A stretch of DNA of 64,000 nt from Octopus bimaculoides (GCF_001194135.2 NC_068982.1:126321596-126385595), one strand, 5' to 3'. Positions 12,160-24,973 are shown, counted from the first letter of the stretch. Translations and numbers: made by a program. The notes: generated by a model not told the origin, from the letters alone.

Positions 12160-12528
12160 ATTTGTTTTGGTCATTTGACTGTGGCCATGTTGGAGCACCA
12201 CCTTTAGTTGAGCAAATTGATCCCAGAGCTTATTCTTTGTAAGCCTAGTACTTATTCTATCGGTTTCTTTTGCCGAACCATTAAGTTACAGGGATGCAAA
12301 CACACCAGCATCAGTTGTCAAGCGATGTTGGGAGGATAAACACACACACACACATATATATATAACGGGCTTTCTTTGGTTTCCATCTACCAAATCCACT
12401 CACAAGGCTTCAGCTGGCCCAAGGCTGTAGTAAAAGACACTTGCCCACGGTGTCATGCAGTGGGACTGAACCCGGAACCATGTGGTTGGTAAGCAAGCTA
12501 CTTACCACACAGCCATTCCTGCGCCTAT
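12160..12528 (-). mobile_element. SINE family A
   Basis: Reverse complement of family A along its length. Confidence 0.9.
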
Positions 12529-12785
12529 GTCTAAATTAGTAAATTTTCCAAAGAGTATTCCAATCAAAACAGATAATTTCTTTAACACAATAAAACTGAT
12601 GACTCGCAGTGAAAAGATTAAATTATTTGTAACGGTTTTAATCAAGAATGAGGATTTGGGCCCAAACAGTCTTTTAATGAGATTTCTATCTAGACAACAA
12701 ATGTAGATTGGGCTTTTAAGAGATCCCTAAAGTTTAGAATATTTAAGCTTCAAAGTTTCTTCCTTTCCTTTTAGACACACAAGGA

Positions 12786-12866
12786 AGCGGGGACTTTGGA
12801 ACAGCACGGAGTGAGCATGCTGGGCTCATAACACAGCGGCCTGTAGATTGAAACTACGTTCTACTA
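12786..12866 (+). pseudogene. initiator tRNA-Met (CAT) pseudogene
   Basis: AGCATGCTGGGCTCATAACACAGCGGCCTGTAGATTGAAACTACGTTCTACTA aligns to eukaryotic tRNA-iMet (AGCGTGCTGGGCCCATAACCCAGAGGTC..GATCGAAAC..TCTGCTA). Anticodon CAT at 12837-12839; T-arm GTAG/CTAC with the initiator-type loop ATTGAAA. Acceptor stem and D-arm are disrupted. Confidence 0.7.
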
Positions 12867-12944
12867 AATAGTTAACCAGTGTTGGCTTGCTTATATTCTC
12901 GTAACTTAGCAGTTTGGCAAAAAAAGGGGGGGGGCAAATAAGTG

Positions 12945-13066
12945 CCTTCCGAAAGGGGTGAAAGGCAAGGTTGATATTGGTGGAATTTGATCTCAAAATG
13001 TAAAAGCCAGCAGAAATGCTAAGCATTTTGTCTTGCATGCTAACATTTCTACCAGCTCACTGCCTT
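12945..13066 (-). mobile_element. SINE family B, 5' half
   Basis: GAAAGGCAAGG..GGAATTTGATCTCAAAATG..CCAGCTCACTGCCTT. Confidence 0.8.
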
Positions 13067-14241
13067 GGTGATGATAATAATATTACTACTACTAATCACA
13101 ATAATACAAAACTCTACTTTTTGGCTGGTTCCATCCAGCTAGTAGTGGTCATGAAAGCACACTATTATGAAAGGAGTTTAAAACATGTCACAGGTTTTGG
13201 CAAATGTAAATCACACAGCTTTCTACATGTAAAACAGGTACACTAACCACCTCATCACAAAACATTACTATCATCATCTAAATCAAGTACAGACATCCAA
13301 CTATTTCCTGTTTCAGGATATCCTTTATTTTTCTAAATATCCCCGTAAGTGGTATATCTATAGCTTCTCATCTCATTTGCCTAGCAGCAAAGAGACTTAC
13401 AACTGCTCTACAGCATATACCTCTGAATTAAGATGTAGTCAAACACTTATCAGAATCATTTCCTCTTCAAATTAAATATCAATAAAACATAAGAGCATAA
13501 TTCCTTTTATCACAAAAATAAACTAAAATAAATAAAAAAAAAAACAAGAACCTAATTGGATTATATTTCATTCCCACACACTACTCACCCACTCTCTTCT
13601 TTAACAATTATGGGGGGGGGGGAGTACATGACTGCTTACAATAATCTTGACAAGTTGCAAAGATTAAAGTGTTAACAAGCATTCAATCACAACTTTGATA
13701 AAAGTATTGTTATAATAGCTAGATTTATTGACTTATAAGTTATGTTGCAGACAAATTAACTACACTAATTTCACATGTAACTAAGATCTCTCTGGAACCT
13801 ACACATTTCTCTTTATTTTATTCTATTTCATTTTTTTTTTTTTTACAAACACCAATAAATATGCTTAAAATCTGAGCAAATAAAAATTTAAAAAATTACG
13901 AAAAATTCATTTAAAATAAAAGAAAAAGAAAAAAAGAAATTTCCTGAACATATTTCATAAATTAAGAGATTAGCAACACATTAATTAAGCAAGGAACTAG
14001 GAAATGGCAGATATTTACACCCTATCTATTGCCAATTTTCTCCACCACCCCTTTTATTAGATTCAGTTAAGTGTAGCCGCTAACTGGGCAATTTCATGAT
14101 CAGAGCTGTCATATAAATTCAGAAGAAAGAAAGAATAAAGATAAAGTCTATTTTATCCCATTTAATTAAGACATCAAAGTTTGTTTACTATATAACATCC
14201 ATGTTCCATGGTAGTATAGGTCGAACCCTCGCTCTTCCATC

Positions 14242-14280
<39 letters not shown>

Positions 14281-14324
14281 AAAAGAAAACCCGATGTCTT
14301 AACTATATATTTATACCAATGTAT

Positions 14325-14465
14325 TGCAAGGTAGTTGGCATTAAGAAGAGAATCTAGCTGTAAAACCCATACCAAGACAGTGAAGCCTGGTGTAGTCTTC
14401 TGGCTTGCCAGCTCCTGTCAAACCATCCAACCCATGGAAAACAGACATTAAATGATGATGATGAC
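14325..14465 (+). mobile_element. RTE-tail element (family D), diverged 3' end
   Basis: GGTAGTTGGCATTAAGAAG..CAACCCATGGAAAACAGACATTAAATGATGATGATG. Confidence 0.75.
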
Positions 14466-14929
14466 CTACATAATTAAGACAACAAATATGGAGGAGTGAG
14501 TATGTGTGATTGTGTTTACATAGACTTGGCTAGGACTCCAAGTTATAACTGAGGGTTTACTCAACTACTGGTTGAATAAGCCATCAGGCGAAACTTGAAA
14601 TCTCAGTCAAAACTAATTCTATAATAAATTTGACTCAACTCTTCCCACTGTCCTGCTATTAGTAAATGTGCAGTTATTTTTATGAAATTATTTAAAAAAA
14701 AAATTAACTACACAATCTACACACACACATACAACTTTATTTGTTAGCAACATCTTATTTGAATGACTATGAAAAATTATAAACACACAACAAAGGACAG
14801 AAAATTATTTCTTTATCATAAGAGATGTATTTCTTGCCTTACTCCAAAACCATTTGGGTGTTATCGACCTCAGAGAACATGCAGTTCTAACAACTGAAGG
14901 ATTAGTTTGAATTAGTTGAGTCTAAGATA

Positions 14930-14977
14930 ATATCAGAACTGGGCATGCTCTATTTAGAGCATGCCCAGTTCTGATAT
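14930..14977. repeat. perfect 23-bp inverted repeat with 2-nt spacer
   Basis: ATATCAGAACTGGGCATGCTCTA-TT-TAGAGCATGCCCAGTTCTGATAT. Confidence 0.95.
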
Positions 14978-14988
14978 GTATCTGTATA

Positions 14989-15330
14989 AGTAAAAGGTAA
15001 AGAACCCCTTCGGTCATGAATGACTATGGGATTGCACTTAGAAAGTTCCCCGCCTAGGCACCAGTCCAGGCAAGGTTGTTTATGCAGTCGCCCATGCATA
15101 CCAGCTTCCCCTCTCCATGCCATTGATGTTATCCAAGGGAAAAGCAAAGGCAGATACAGCTCGGCACCAGTGATGTTGCAACTCATTTCTACAGTTGAGT
15201 GAACTGGAACAATGTCAAATGAAGTGTCTTGCTCAAGAGTACAACACACAGCCAGGTCCAGGAATCAAACTCACTACCTCATGATTGTGAGCCCAATGCT
15301 CTAACCACTGAGCCATGTGCCTTCACCATC
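14989..15330 (-). mobile_element. tRNA-derived SINE, family C (~340 bp)
   Basis: Minus strand: A box TGGCTCAGTGG, B-box-like GAGTTTGATTCC, then CTTGAGCAAGACACTTCATTT..TTCACTCAACTGTAGAAATGAGT and a CCTTTTA-type tail. Confidence 0.8.
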
Positions 15331-15674
15331 TGTATAAGTATCATACATTTATTCATTTTTTTTTTTTTGTTCAGCTCTATATCCATTTTTTGTGCTGACA
15401 TAGGTTGGATGGATACTTATTCGAAGCAGTATTTTATTGCCAGATACCCTTATGTTGCCAACCCTTACTCAATTTACAAGTTTTTTTCTCTTTTTTCTTT
15501 TTAATTATTTATTATTTATTATTCCCCTAAACTTCAAACATGCAGAAGGTACAGAACATAACATTCACCAGGAATGTAAAACACATTCATTTCTTTGCTC
15601 AAACAATATTGTGCAGAAATGACAATTTCACACGCACACACATCCACATTTTAATAGGTTTCTGTATAATTTCC

Positions 15675-15898
15675 TTTATTTCTTTATTGCCCACAAGGGG
15701 CTAAACATAGAGGGTCAAACAAAGGGATTAAGTCAATTACATTGACCCCAGTGCGTAACTGGTACTTAATTCATCGACCCCAAAAGGATGAAAGGCAAAG
15801 TCGTTCTTGGCAGAATTTGAACTCAGAACGTAACGGCAGATGAAATACCACTAAGCATTTCGCCCAGCATGCTAACGTTTCTGCCAGATCGTTGCCTT
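15675..15898 (-). mobile_element. SINE family B variant
   Basis: GACCCCAGTGCGTAACTGGTACTTAATT..GAAAGGCAAAGTCG..GAATTTGAACTCAGAACG. Confidence 0.85.
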
Positions 15899-17129
15899 TC
15901 TGTATAGTTTCCATCTACTCACAAGGCATTAGTCATGTCAAGATTATAGTAGAAGACACATGCCCATGGTCTCACACAATTCAGAATAAACCATTTTGTA
16001 GTGTAATTTGGAAATTTGTGGTGGTGGGGGAACACAGAGAATATAAATGAATTCAATGAAAGAAAATATTTCCAGGCTTTGTTCTATAATGTTGTTAACA
16101 GCAGAAGTATTTACACAACGTTCATTATAGACTACAATGATTTAACATGGCTTTTAAAATAGTCTCTTTAGAAAATACAAACAGTCGTGTTAATGCATCT
16201 AAAGTCTTCTTGATAGGTTTAAAAGAATATTAGCTTCAGTTTCATGGTGGGAAATAGTCAAGAAATAAATTTCAATATGGTTAAAGTAGGATTCAAACAT
16301 TATTACAGCTAACATGCCAATAGGTTTAGTACTGTATATGAAATTTAGAGTCTTTCCTTTGAGATACAACAAACTGCTCACAATGAAAATGAACTCAAGG
16401 CTTATGAGCTGGTAGTCTAATATATTATTCACTTGGCCATTTAACTTCAATGTGTAGGATTTATTTCTTACATATGTACGTAACCAGTATAATTGAGCTC
16501 TGTCTTGATGGGAAAGAACTCTAAGAGTTTGGATTTACAATAAATTCTTCAATTTGCAACATGAAACTTATAAGAGGAAACTGGGAATTAAAAAAAAAAA
16601 TCAGGAACTGTTTAGTTGAAATTTTATGAAATCACACAACCAAAACTTGCTAAAGCCATATGTTATATATTAATCAAGTTTGCACTATCTAGTAATGCTT
16701 CAGAAAACAGTAAATAAAACCAACATGATATTTTATTTTTACAATGAATTAAAGTTAAATACAGTTAAACAGTCAAGTTATTAGACCTAAGCTGTATGAA
16801 ATATTTTCATTCATAATATAAATATCGAAAATTTAGATAAACTTCATGAACTAGATAATTTGTAACTTGATACATTGTAAAACATGAAAATTAATGCGAT
16901 TGGTATTTCATTTTGATTTCTGCTTTATGGGAAACTAATCTCTTAGATGGTGTACAAGTTTACAGCATAAATCGTCAAATAAATAGGGAACAGGACAATA
17001 AGCTGAGAAGCCAATAGTCCTTATTCTCTTAACACTACAAGTTTGATGTATCAACAAACAAGGCACTTAACAGCCCAGTCTACTTAGCTGTAACTAGGTA
17101 GAGTATATAAGCAGGGGTGAACACCATAC

Positions 17130-17360
17130 TCTCTTTACTCCTTTATTTGTTTCAGTCATTTGACTGCGGCCATGCTGGAGCACCACATATATATACAACG
17201 GGCTTCTTTCAGTTTCCGTCTACCAAATCCACTCACAAGGCTTTGGTCGGCCCGAGGCTATAGTAGAAAACACTTGCCCAAGGTGCCACGCAGTGGGACT
17301 GACCCCAGAACCATGTGATTGGTAAGCAAGCTACTTACCACACAGCCACTCCTGTGCCTA
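17130..17360 (-). mobile_element. SINE family A with a large internal deletion
   Basis: The 3' end (CAGTCATTTGACTGCGGCCATGCTGGAGCACC) is joined directly to the (TA) tract and 5' half. Confidence 0.85.
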
Positions 17361-18284
17361 AAAATATTTTGCTAGTTTTTCAGTGCAGTCTTCAGCACGA
17401 GTTGAACACAGTACTGCAGTATAATAAAATTACGCAAGGAAAGCTTTGGCCATAATTACAGGCCCAGATTCCCAACCCAAAGACAACATCTTCAATGGTT
17501 TCTTGACAACTCATTACATTATGGGACAGTTTCTTTTGTTTTTTAAATATTTCCTCTCACAGATTGTCGAGTGTTGTCTGATTGATAGAAAATGGGATTC
17601 CTCCCCACTACGTCTATTACATCTCCTGTATAAATAAACTAAGGCAAGAAGATTGCCTGGCAGTTATGTGTTATTTTAAGACAGAGATCTCTTATCTTAG
17701 TGTTTATAACGGTGCTTACATTGCTACAAGATTTGTCAAATTTAAAAACCATTAATCTGTTTAAGGCTGGGAACATTGATAAAATACACTATCAACTGTT
17801 TGAAAAGAAAATTAAATAAGACTGCCACAAAACCTTTAATCCTTAAGACTTATTTTGCACTTTTAACTGTCATAGGATATCTTAACAGGTTTTAAGATAT
17901 ATGACATGAATGAAAAAGCATTAAATAATCAAAGCTTTATCCAATTAGTCAGCTTACTTCTACAATTAATTAAGAATATACACTAATTGGTTGATGTATA
18001 GTTGATAAATTTACTATCTAATTAAGAAGATGGGAGAGAACAGTAACAAGAAACTTAACTTGGCAAGTCTATGATTTTGCTACATGGGGTTAGTTCTGGT
18101 CACCGACAGAGTAATGATCAAAACACCTCAATAGTTTAAGCCTTGATCACAAGATATCTCATAACAATTAAAATACTGATGGACCCTGATAAACGAGGTA
18201 TTTTGAGCGAGAAAAATTCTTGCTGACAGTGAATCATAAGATATGTGATTAATAGAAATTATATTGGTTCACATATATATTTCA

Positions 18285-18480
18285 TCATCATTTTAACACC
18301 CACTTTCCCATGCCTGCATGGGTCAGTTGGAATTTGTTGAGACAAATTTTCTATGGCCAAATGCCTTTCTTGTTGTCAACCCTCATCTTTTTCCAAACAA
18401 GATTGGAACAGGACAGTACCATTCGTATGATGGTAGCACTTGTTTACAACTATCATGTAACATTGAGACAAGGACACAGA
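18285..18480 (-). mobile_element. old RTE-tail element (family D variant)
   Basis: CATCATCATTTTAACACCCACTTTCCCATGCCTGCATGGG..TTTCTATGGCCAAATGCCTTTCT. Confidence 0.65.
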
Positions 18481-18559
18481 CATACACACAAGTGTGTGTA
18501 CATATTTATTTTTGGAACAGTGAAGCTCGAAGTACATAATACTACAAATGACAGAAAAA

Positions 18560-18750
18560 TCAAAGACTGCCTGTGGGACTCAAACCCAACTCTCCTTGAT
18601 GGGTCTTATGATGTTTTTGATACTTGTGTCCTGTCAAATCTAGGCGTTGGTTTTCTTGTCCCACAATGTAATGCCAAGCATGATTTATTCCATTTTCTGT
18701 TGGGCTACAATGAGGGCGTTCACAAGACAGCAGTGTTTCACTGCCGTATT
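18560..18750 (-). mobile_element. degenerate RTE-clade LINE ORF2 remnant
   Basis: Minus frame gives ALIVAQQKME*IMLGITLWDKKTNA*I*QDTSIKNII, matching RTE consensus (V/A)QRxMERxMLGITLxDRxxNxWIRxxTxxxDII. Confidence 0.65.
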
Positions 18751-19734
18751 TGTCAAACTTACTATTTATTGCTTCTATTACAAAGTGTGTGTGTGTTCTT
18801 ATGTCAAATTATTTATAAAAACAATTTAACATTAGGTTGAAGCATTACTCAATACTTTTATTGATGGAAATTTAATAAGACTAGGAAAGTGTGTACACGT
18901 GATTTTGTTAAAATTTAGTTTTTGACACAAGAGTTTAGACAATTTATTCTGATAATAGGCTTTATGAGAGGAGTGGGGACAGGGGGATAAAAATAGTATT
19001 TGTGTTACTCTGTTACTTCGGTTATTTGTTTAGCTTCCAATTTATGCACACTGCAGACTCAGTCTTAAACTAAAGTTTTACCTTCAATGAACAGCTCACA
19101 GAAACATATCAAATTGACTGAATTGTTTCACAGAAAGTCAAGGATTTTTTTTTCAAATTACATACAAAACTAAGAAGTAAACTTAAAGCCATAACAATTA
19201 CCATTAAATCCGAAATAGCAGAAGTTTAGCTCAACAGTAAAAAAGACCCGTTTCAAAAGGTAAGTACTTTTTATTATTTTAAACAATTTTTACAGATTTT
19301 ATAAAACTAACATAAATTGGTTAGTTGTGAATATTTAAATATTTGTTTGATTTAGCAAAGCAAGCATTTTATAACCAGATACCCAATCTAATGACAACTA
19401 CTTAGTTCTATGGCATAGAAGTACAACAAATACTTTTGATGGAAAAATAACAGATTTGCTTATTATACATTTAATAGGGTTTAGCCAAATTTCTCCTTTA
19501 AAAGGTAAATATTTAGTTTATTCATGAATATATGGAGAGGGGTGTCAATCCAATAAAGTGAGATATTTTCTCTTAAATCTCATTTCTTATACATGTGATG
19601 TCCCCTAGTGGACTATTAATACAAAGGAGATATAGTTATTTTTTCGTGATATTTGGCAGGATTCAAAGTTTTGAGTTTGAATTTGAAATTAATGAATAAG
19701 GAAAAAGATACTTAGAATACATTTTTTGCCCCTT

Positions 19735-20060
19735 CTTGCTTTGGTTATTGGACTGTAGCCATGCTGTGGTACTGACAAGAAATGTTTAGTCAAACAAATT
19801 GATCTCAGTACTAATTTTTATATCTGGTACTTATTTTATTCATCTCTATTGCCAGACCACTCAAACTGACATCAGTAGCCAAATGGTAGTGACATACACA
19901 TATATACATATGTTCCATCTACCAAATTCATTCACAAGGCATTGGCGAGTCTGGGACAATAATAGAAGGCATTTGACCAAGGTGCTGTGCAGTGGGACTG
20001 AACCCAAAAGCATGTGGTAGTAAAGCAAGCTGCTTAATCACATAGCCATGCCTGCATCTA
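19735..20060 (-). mobile_element. SINE family A, diverged
   Basis: TGTAGCCATGCTG, CATCTACCAAATTCATTCACAAGGC and GTGCAGTGGGACTGAACCC blocks. Confidence 0.75.
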
Positions 20061-20224
20061 TACAAATATTTATTTATCTGTACAATTGCTTTGTATTTTT
20101 GAATCCTTGAAAATATTTTTTAAAAACCTTAGAATGAGGGAGGAATTGGTCACAAAAGTGAACAAGTCAACTGTCTGTCATTTGACAATGAATCAAGTGA
20201 GATAAAACAAACACAGAAACTTAC

Positions 20225-20257
20225 CGAGTGAAGAAGAAATCAATTCCATTGTTGAAT
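20225..20257 (-). other. candidate 33-nt internal exon of an unidentified gene
   Basis: Minus strand: long polypyrimidine tract TTTTTGTTTTTCTTCTCTTTTCATTCCAG, exon ATTCAACAATGGAATTGATTTCTTCTTCACTCG, donor GTAAGT. Open in two frames (STMELISSSL or FNNGIDFFFT). No protein recognised. Confidence 0.35.
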
Positions 20258-20589
20258 CTGGAATGAAAAGAGAAGAAAAACAAAAACTATGTAAAATTGA
20301 AACAACAGAGAAAAATAAATTAATACCAGGTTTCATTAACATTTCCAGAATGCAATTTGTTGAATGTAAATTATATTAAACCCTTCCATATAAATCTACT
20401 CCACCCTCACAATATATCTCATACATTAAACATGGTTTTCAAAAAAAATTTTTTTTTGATTTTATTCAAATTTAAAAGAAGTTTTTCCACTTTTTGCTTC
20501 TTTTTAATGATGCTTCAATTAATTAAACAGAAAATTAAGCTTTCAACACCAACAGCCCTTAAAATTTGCTTACATTCCAAAAAATGTTA

Positions 20590-20860
20590 CACAACACTTA
20601 TAATAGTCAGATGGAATACATATCACTGCATTGACCAGACTATCAAGTGTGGTTGTATGCCACTAGTCAGTCATAATGTGCTTCCTTGCATTTGTTGTAG
20701 TCCTCAAATGATGTCATCCTACTGGCTATGAAGACAGGCCAACATTCTCCACTAAATGGGAGTAATGTGAAATGAAGTGTTTTGCTCAAGAACAGAACAT
20801 TCTGCTGGTCTGTGAATTGAAACCATGATCTTGCAATCCTGAATGCAACACCCTTACCAC
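20590..20860 (-). mobile_element. old tRNA-derived SINE related to family C
   Basis: GTGAAATGAAGTGTTTTGCTCAAGAACA..GAATTGAAACCATGATCTTGCAATC..CCTTACCAC. Confidence 0.6.
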
Positions 20861-21224
20861 AAGTCTTTAATATATATCAGTAAAATTCTGAAGATACCAG
20901 TACAAGTTTGTTAAGATATTTTTGTTAACATATGCAAATGGTATGTATAGTAAAATGGTTGGAATATCAATGAATTAAACAGCCAGTAAACAAAAGTTTG
21001 ACCAAAAAAAAAAAGAATAAAACAAAATTGTGTGGCACAAAAAACAACTTTGTTTATACCAATCTTTTAATTTCATACAAAAATTCAAGTATTTCATAGT
21101 ATATTGAATTCAAAGTTTGTTCAAATAAACACACATAAATTTAGAATCATGAAGATCAACTTTATTGTTGCTTTTTGTGATTGCATTTCTATTAATATTT
21201 CTCAATATTTCTCTTGTATTTTGT

Positions 21225-21371
21225 ACTTGGGTCACTCATTGGACAGTGGCCAAGCTGGGGCCCTGCCTTGAAGGGCCTTAATCAAACAGATCAACCCTAG
21301 AACTTGAGATCTCTTTTGCTGAACCATTAAACTATGATAAACAAGCCAATACTGATTGTCAGGAGGGACAT

Positions 21372-21408
<37 letters not shown>

Positions 21409-21500
21409 TACACTCATATACATGATGAGCTTCCATAGTTAATGCCTACCAAATTCATTCACAAAGCACTGGTCTACCGGGAAGATATTTGCCCAAGGTG
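21225..21500 (-). mobile_element. SINE family A, diverged
   Basis: CACTCATTGGACAGTGGCCAAGCTGGGG..CTCTTTTGCTGAACC..CTACCAAATTCATTCACAAAGC. Confidence 0.7.
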
Positions 21501-21559
21501 TCATGTAGGACTTAAAACCAGGAAGTTGTTGGTCAGATCTGATCCCAATATTCTTCTTG

Positions 21560-21918
21560 TTACATGTTCAGACCAGCCAGATCTGGCCTCTCACACCTAC
21601 CCAACAATATCACTCTAAAAATAAACAAACATATCACTGAACTCTTAAAGCTACAAGATAATGCATCATCATCATCATTTAACGTCTGCTTTCCATGCTA
21701 GCATGGGTTGGACGATTTGACTGAGCACTGGTCAAACCAGATGGCTACACCAGGCTCCAATCTGATTTGGCAGAGTTTCTACAGCTGGATACCCTTCCTA
21801 ACCCCAACCACTCCGAGAGTGTAGTGGGTGCTTTTACGTGCCACCGGCATGATTAATTTAAAACAACGTGAATAAAGAATTACATTTGATAAAATAAGAT
21901 GAATGCTAGAGGGCTAAT
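21560..21918 (-). mobile_element. TTAA-type MITE interrupted by a family D element (21665-21849, minus)
   Basis: CAGATCTGGCCTCTCACACCTAC..GATAATGCAT | family D copy | GATTAATT..GAATGCTAGAGGGCTAA. The flanks are the reverse complement of the 28526-28746 MITE. Confidence 0.75.
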
Positions 21919-22666
21919 CATACAACTGTTCATGCCATAATACAACATACTGAATATATTCCACAGACACACACGCAACTAATATTGTAAAAGTTTTGGA
22001 AAACACCTTTGAAGAGATACTTTTATAAAGCATTCATTTCTGCATTTCTCAAAGTCTGTCTTTTTCCAGTATAGAACAACGAGTTAATATCTTTCTATTA
22101 GGATAGCACTGTTGCTGAGTTAAACATTAAAGTGATGCATGTCAGTTAGTGTAATGTAATATACTGGAACGCATATTTAGTTGACAGTAAAAATATCAAT
22201 GGTTTTGGCAATTGATGTAACAGTGGCAAGCACTTGTGTGACAATGTGCAAAGTTGCGACAATGATAAAGGAAGCAAATTTATATCCATTTCAGTTTGTC
22301 TGGATGAAATAGAAGTGTTTGATAATTTGATTAAAGGTTTAAACAAAGATGAGTTTGCAGCAGGAGCCTGATTGCAACAATAAAATAAAGTGACACATTT
22401 AAGACTTGCCATTTTCACAGAGATATATGGTTTTAAATGTGGGAAGCTTATTAACACTCAGTTCTTTTTTTTCACCTGTCCACTACGATTAAAATTTTTT
22501 TTTTTTTTAAAACCACTTGGAATTTTAAAACAAAGATCAATCAATTAGCTAATGAAGGAAATACACACATGCAAATATTCTGTACAAGTTGTACTCTAAA
22601 TTCATAATTCTAGTATGAATTAGGTTGGTTAATGGCTTAGCCAATCAATAAAGATAACTTATTTAC

Positions 22667-22714
22667 CAGCTGGTTTACTAGATCTTGAATGAAACAGTTG
22701 GAAGAAGAGGACAG
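22667..22714 (-). other. candidate 48-nt internal exon
   Basis: Preceded on the minus strand by a (TTTTA)n tract and TTCTTCAG; donor CTG|GTAAAT; length divisible by 3; open as VLFFQLFHSRSSKPA or LSSSSNCFIQDLVNQL. The polypyrimidine tract is a simple repeat, so chance is plausible. Confidence 0.25.
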
Positions 22715-24209
22715 CTGAAGAATATCAGGGAAAATAATAAATAAAATAAAATAAAATAAAATAAAAAAGCCAATATTCTGTACAAGTTGTCATTCCACTG
22801 TTGACATTTGGCTAATGGCTTCCCCCCTTCCCCCACCTCCATTATTCCCACCCCCAACAACTTCAACAGCATAGAAGACTATCTTTCACCCACAGACTGC
22901 TTTTATAGCTATATTAATGAAGTTTAATCTTGGTTACCTTCTGAATTTGCATTTAAGCAGACTGTTGATAGGAAGGAGGAAAAAGAAAAGAGAAATCCAT
23001 GAGACATTAATGAACCACTGCTGNNNNNNNNNNNNNNNNNNNNNNNNNNNNNNNNNNNNNNNNNNNNNNNNNNNNNNNNNNNNNNNNNNNNNNNNNNNNN
23101 NNNNNNNNNNNNNNNNNNNNNNNNNNNNNNNNNNNNNNNNNNNNNNNNNNNNNNNNNNNNNNNNNNNNNNNNNATTCTTTTTCTTTTTAAATACAGTTTT
23201 ACAATTGTTGATAAGAGGCACTGTGTAGAATTTCATTCATGATATTTGGTTAGTTAAGTAATCTAATACCTGAAAGCTCAGAACCATTATTTCAAAAGTA
23301 AAAATTCAGTTATAAAAAGAAGAAAACAGAGGAGACAAGTATTTGATGGTCCATAAAAAGGCACATTAAAAAAAAAAATTTCCCCCCAAAATGTTTTTTT
23401 TTTTTTTAAATTCACTATATTATTACATGCTTTAATGCACTTGAAACATTATTCGTGAATAAGCACTGCTGAAACAGGGGTACAAGTAATAATGCCTGTG
23501 TCTCTCTATTATGCCATCAAGTATAGTAATGATACAGTGAATAAATCCATGATTAGGCAACTGGCCAAAACAAAAGAACCGTACCCCCTCTTTCGAGTAC
23601 AGTGAAGCCACAGTCCTAAACAAGATAGATGTGAGAGGCAATTTATTTAATGTGCCTATCAAATATTCTTGTGTAGGTTACCAAGTATATGAAAGAGACA
23701 AAGCTGGCTATTGAAACTTTAAAGTCACTATCTAATTTTTTCTTATACAAATAAGTCTCATACTCTACCTATAGAGTGTATTTTTAGTTAATGACTGATT
23801 GCTTTTCCGTATGATTATGCATAAAACACACACACAATGAAAATAATATGTTGTGTATTTGAGAGAGAGAGAGATGCATAGATCAGCAAATATTTCTTTC
23901 TTTGTAATGTACTGCTATTATTTGATACTGTTTTCACCCTTGGTATTATTTAAAATTCACTTCAGAACAAACATAAAAACATTTATGTTTACATTCTGTG
24001 AATTTAGAAAATTCCAAAGAAATGAAGTAAATTCTTTTTTTTTCCCTTTTCTTTTTTCTGTGGTGTAACCCAAAGTAGCTAAGGCTATAGACAACAGCGA
24101 GTAGAATATTGAATTAAAAAAACACAAAGGAGTTTTTCTTTCAAAACTCCTTGGGCGGGGAAAAGTCAAAAGCTGCCCAAATCCCAAACTTTTATCTACT
24201 TCAAATTCC

Positions 24210-24249
<40 letters not shown>

Positions 24250-24586
24250 NNNNNNNNNNNNNNNNNNNNNNNNNNNNNNNNNNNNNNNNNNNNNNNNNNN
24301 NNNNNNNNNNNNNNNNNNNNNNNNNNNNNNNNNNNNNNNNNNNNNNNNNNNNNNNNNNNNNNNNNNNNNNNNNNNNNNNNNNNNNNNNNNNNNNNNNNNN
24401 NNNNNNNNNNNNNNNNNNNNNNNNNNNNNNNNNNNNNNNNNNNNNNNNNNNNNNNNNNNNNNNNNNNNNNNNNNNNNNNNNNNNNNNNNNNNNNNNNNNN
24501 NNNNNNNNNNNNNNNNNNNNNNNNNNNNNNNNNNNNNNNNNNNNNNNNNNNNNNNNNNNNNNNNNNNNNNNNNNNNNNNNNNNNNN

Positions 24587-24627
<41 letters not shown>

Positions 24628-24973
24628 AACTGCTAAAAGGCGAATTCACTGCAGTTGCAGAAGAGAAAATATTTCTTATGTACCTCCTATTGATAAAGGC
24701 TAACTAGCTTGAAACATTGGTGTCTGAGAGTCTTGATAGATGGCAACATGAACTAGTGGAGTGTTTTCACACTTTTTTTTTACCATAAGAGAAATATTTT
24801 CTCCATGGTAAATGCATTGAATTTGCCTTTTAGCAGTTGAAATATGTCAGAAACATATTTTAACTAACCTAAACTTTGCTTAAGCCTAAACATTGCATAG
24901 CACTAATATTTTGTTATTTTCCACAATCAAGCAATCCACCAGCACAAATCAGTCAAAGAACTGAACACTTTAC

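Noticed and set aside
18310-18840. 176-aa plus-strand ORF
   Set aside because: It overlies the antisense strands of an RTE-tail element and an RTE relic.
22250-22350. hAT (SPIN/GTF2IRD2-like) transposase relic: SKFISISVCLDEIEVFDNLIKGLNKDEF
   Set aside because: Only a loose match to FSLALDESTD..IRGV; no flanking motifs or TIRs found, and the opposite strand gives an equally arbitrary 103-aa ORF.
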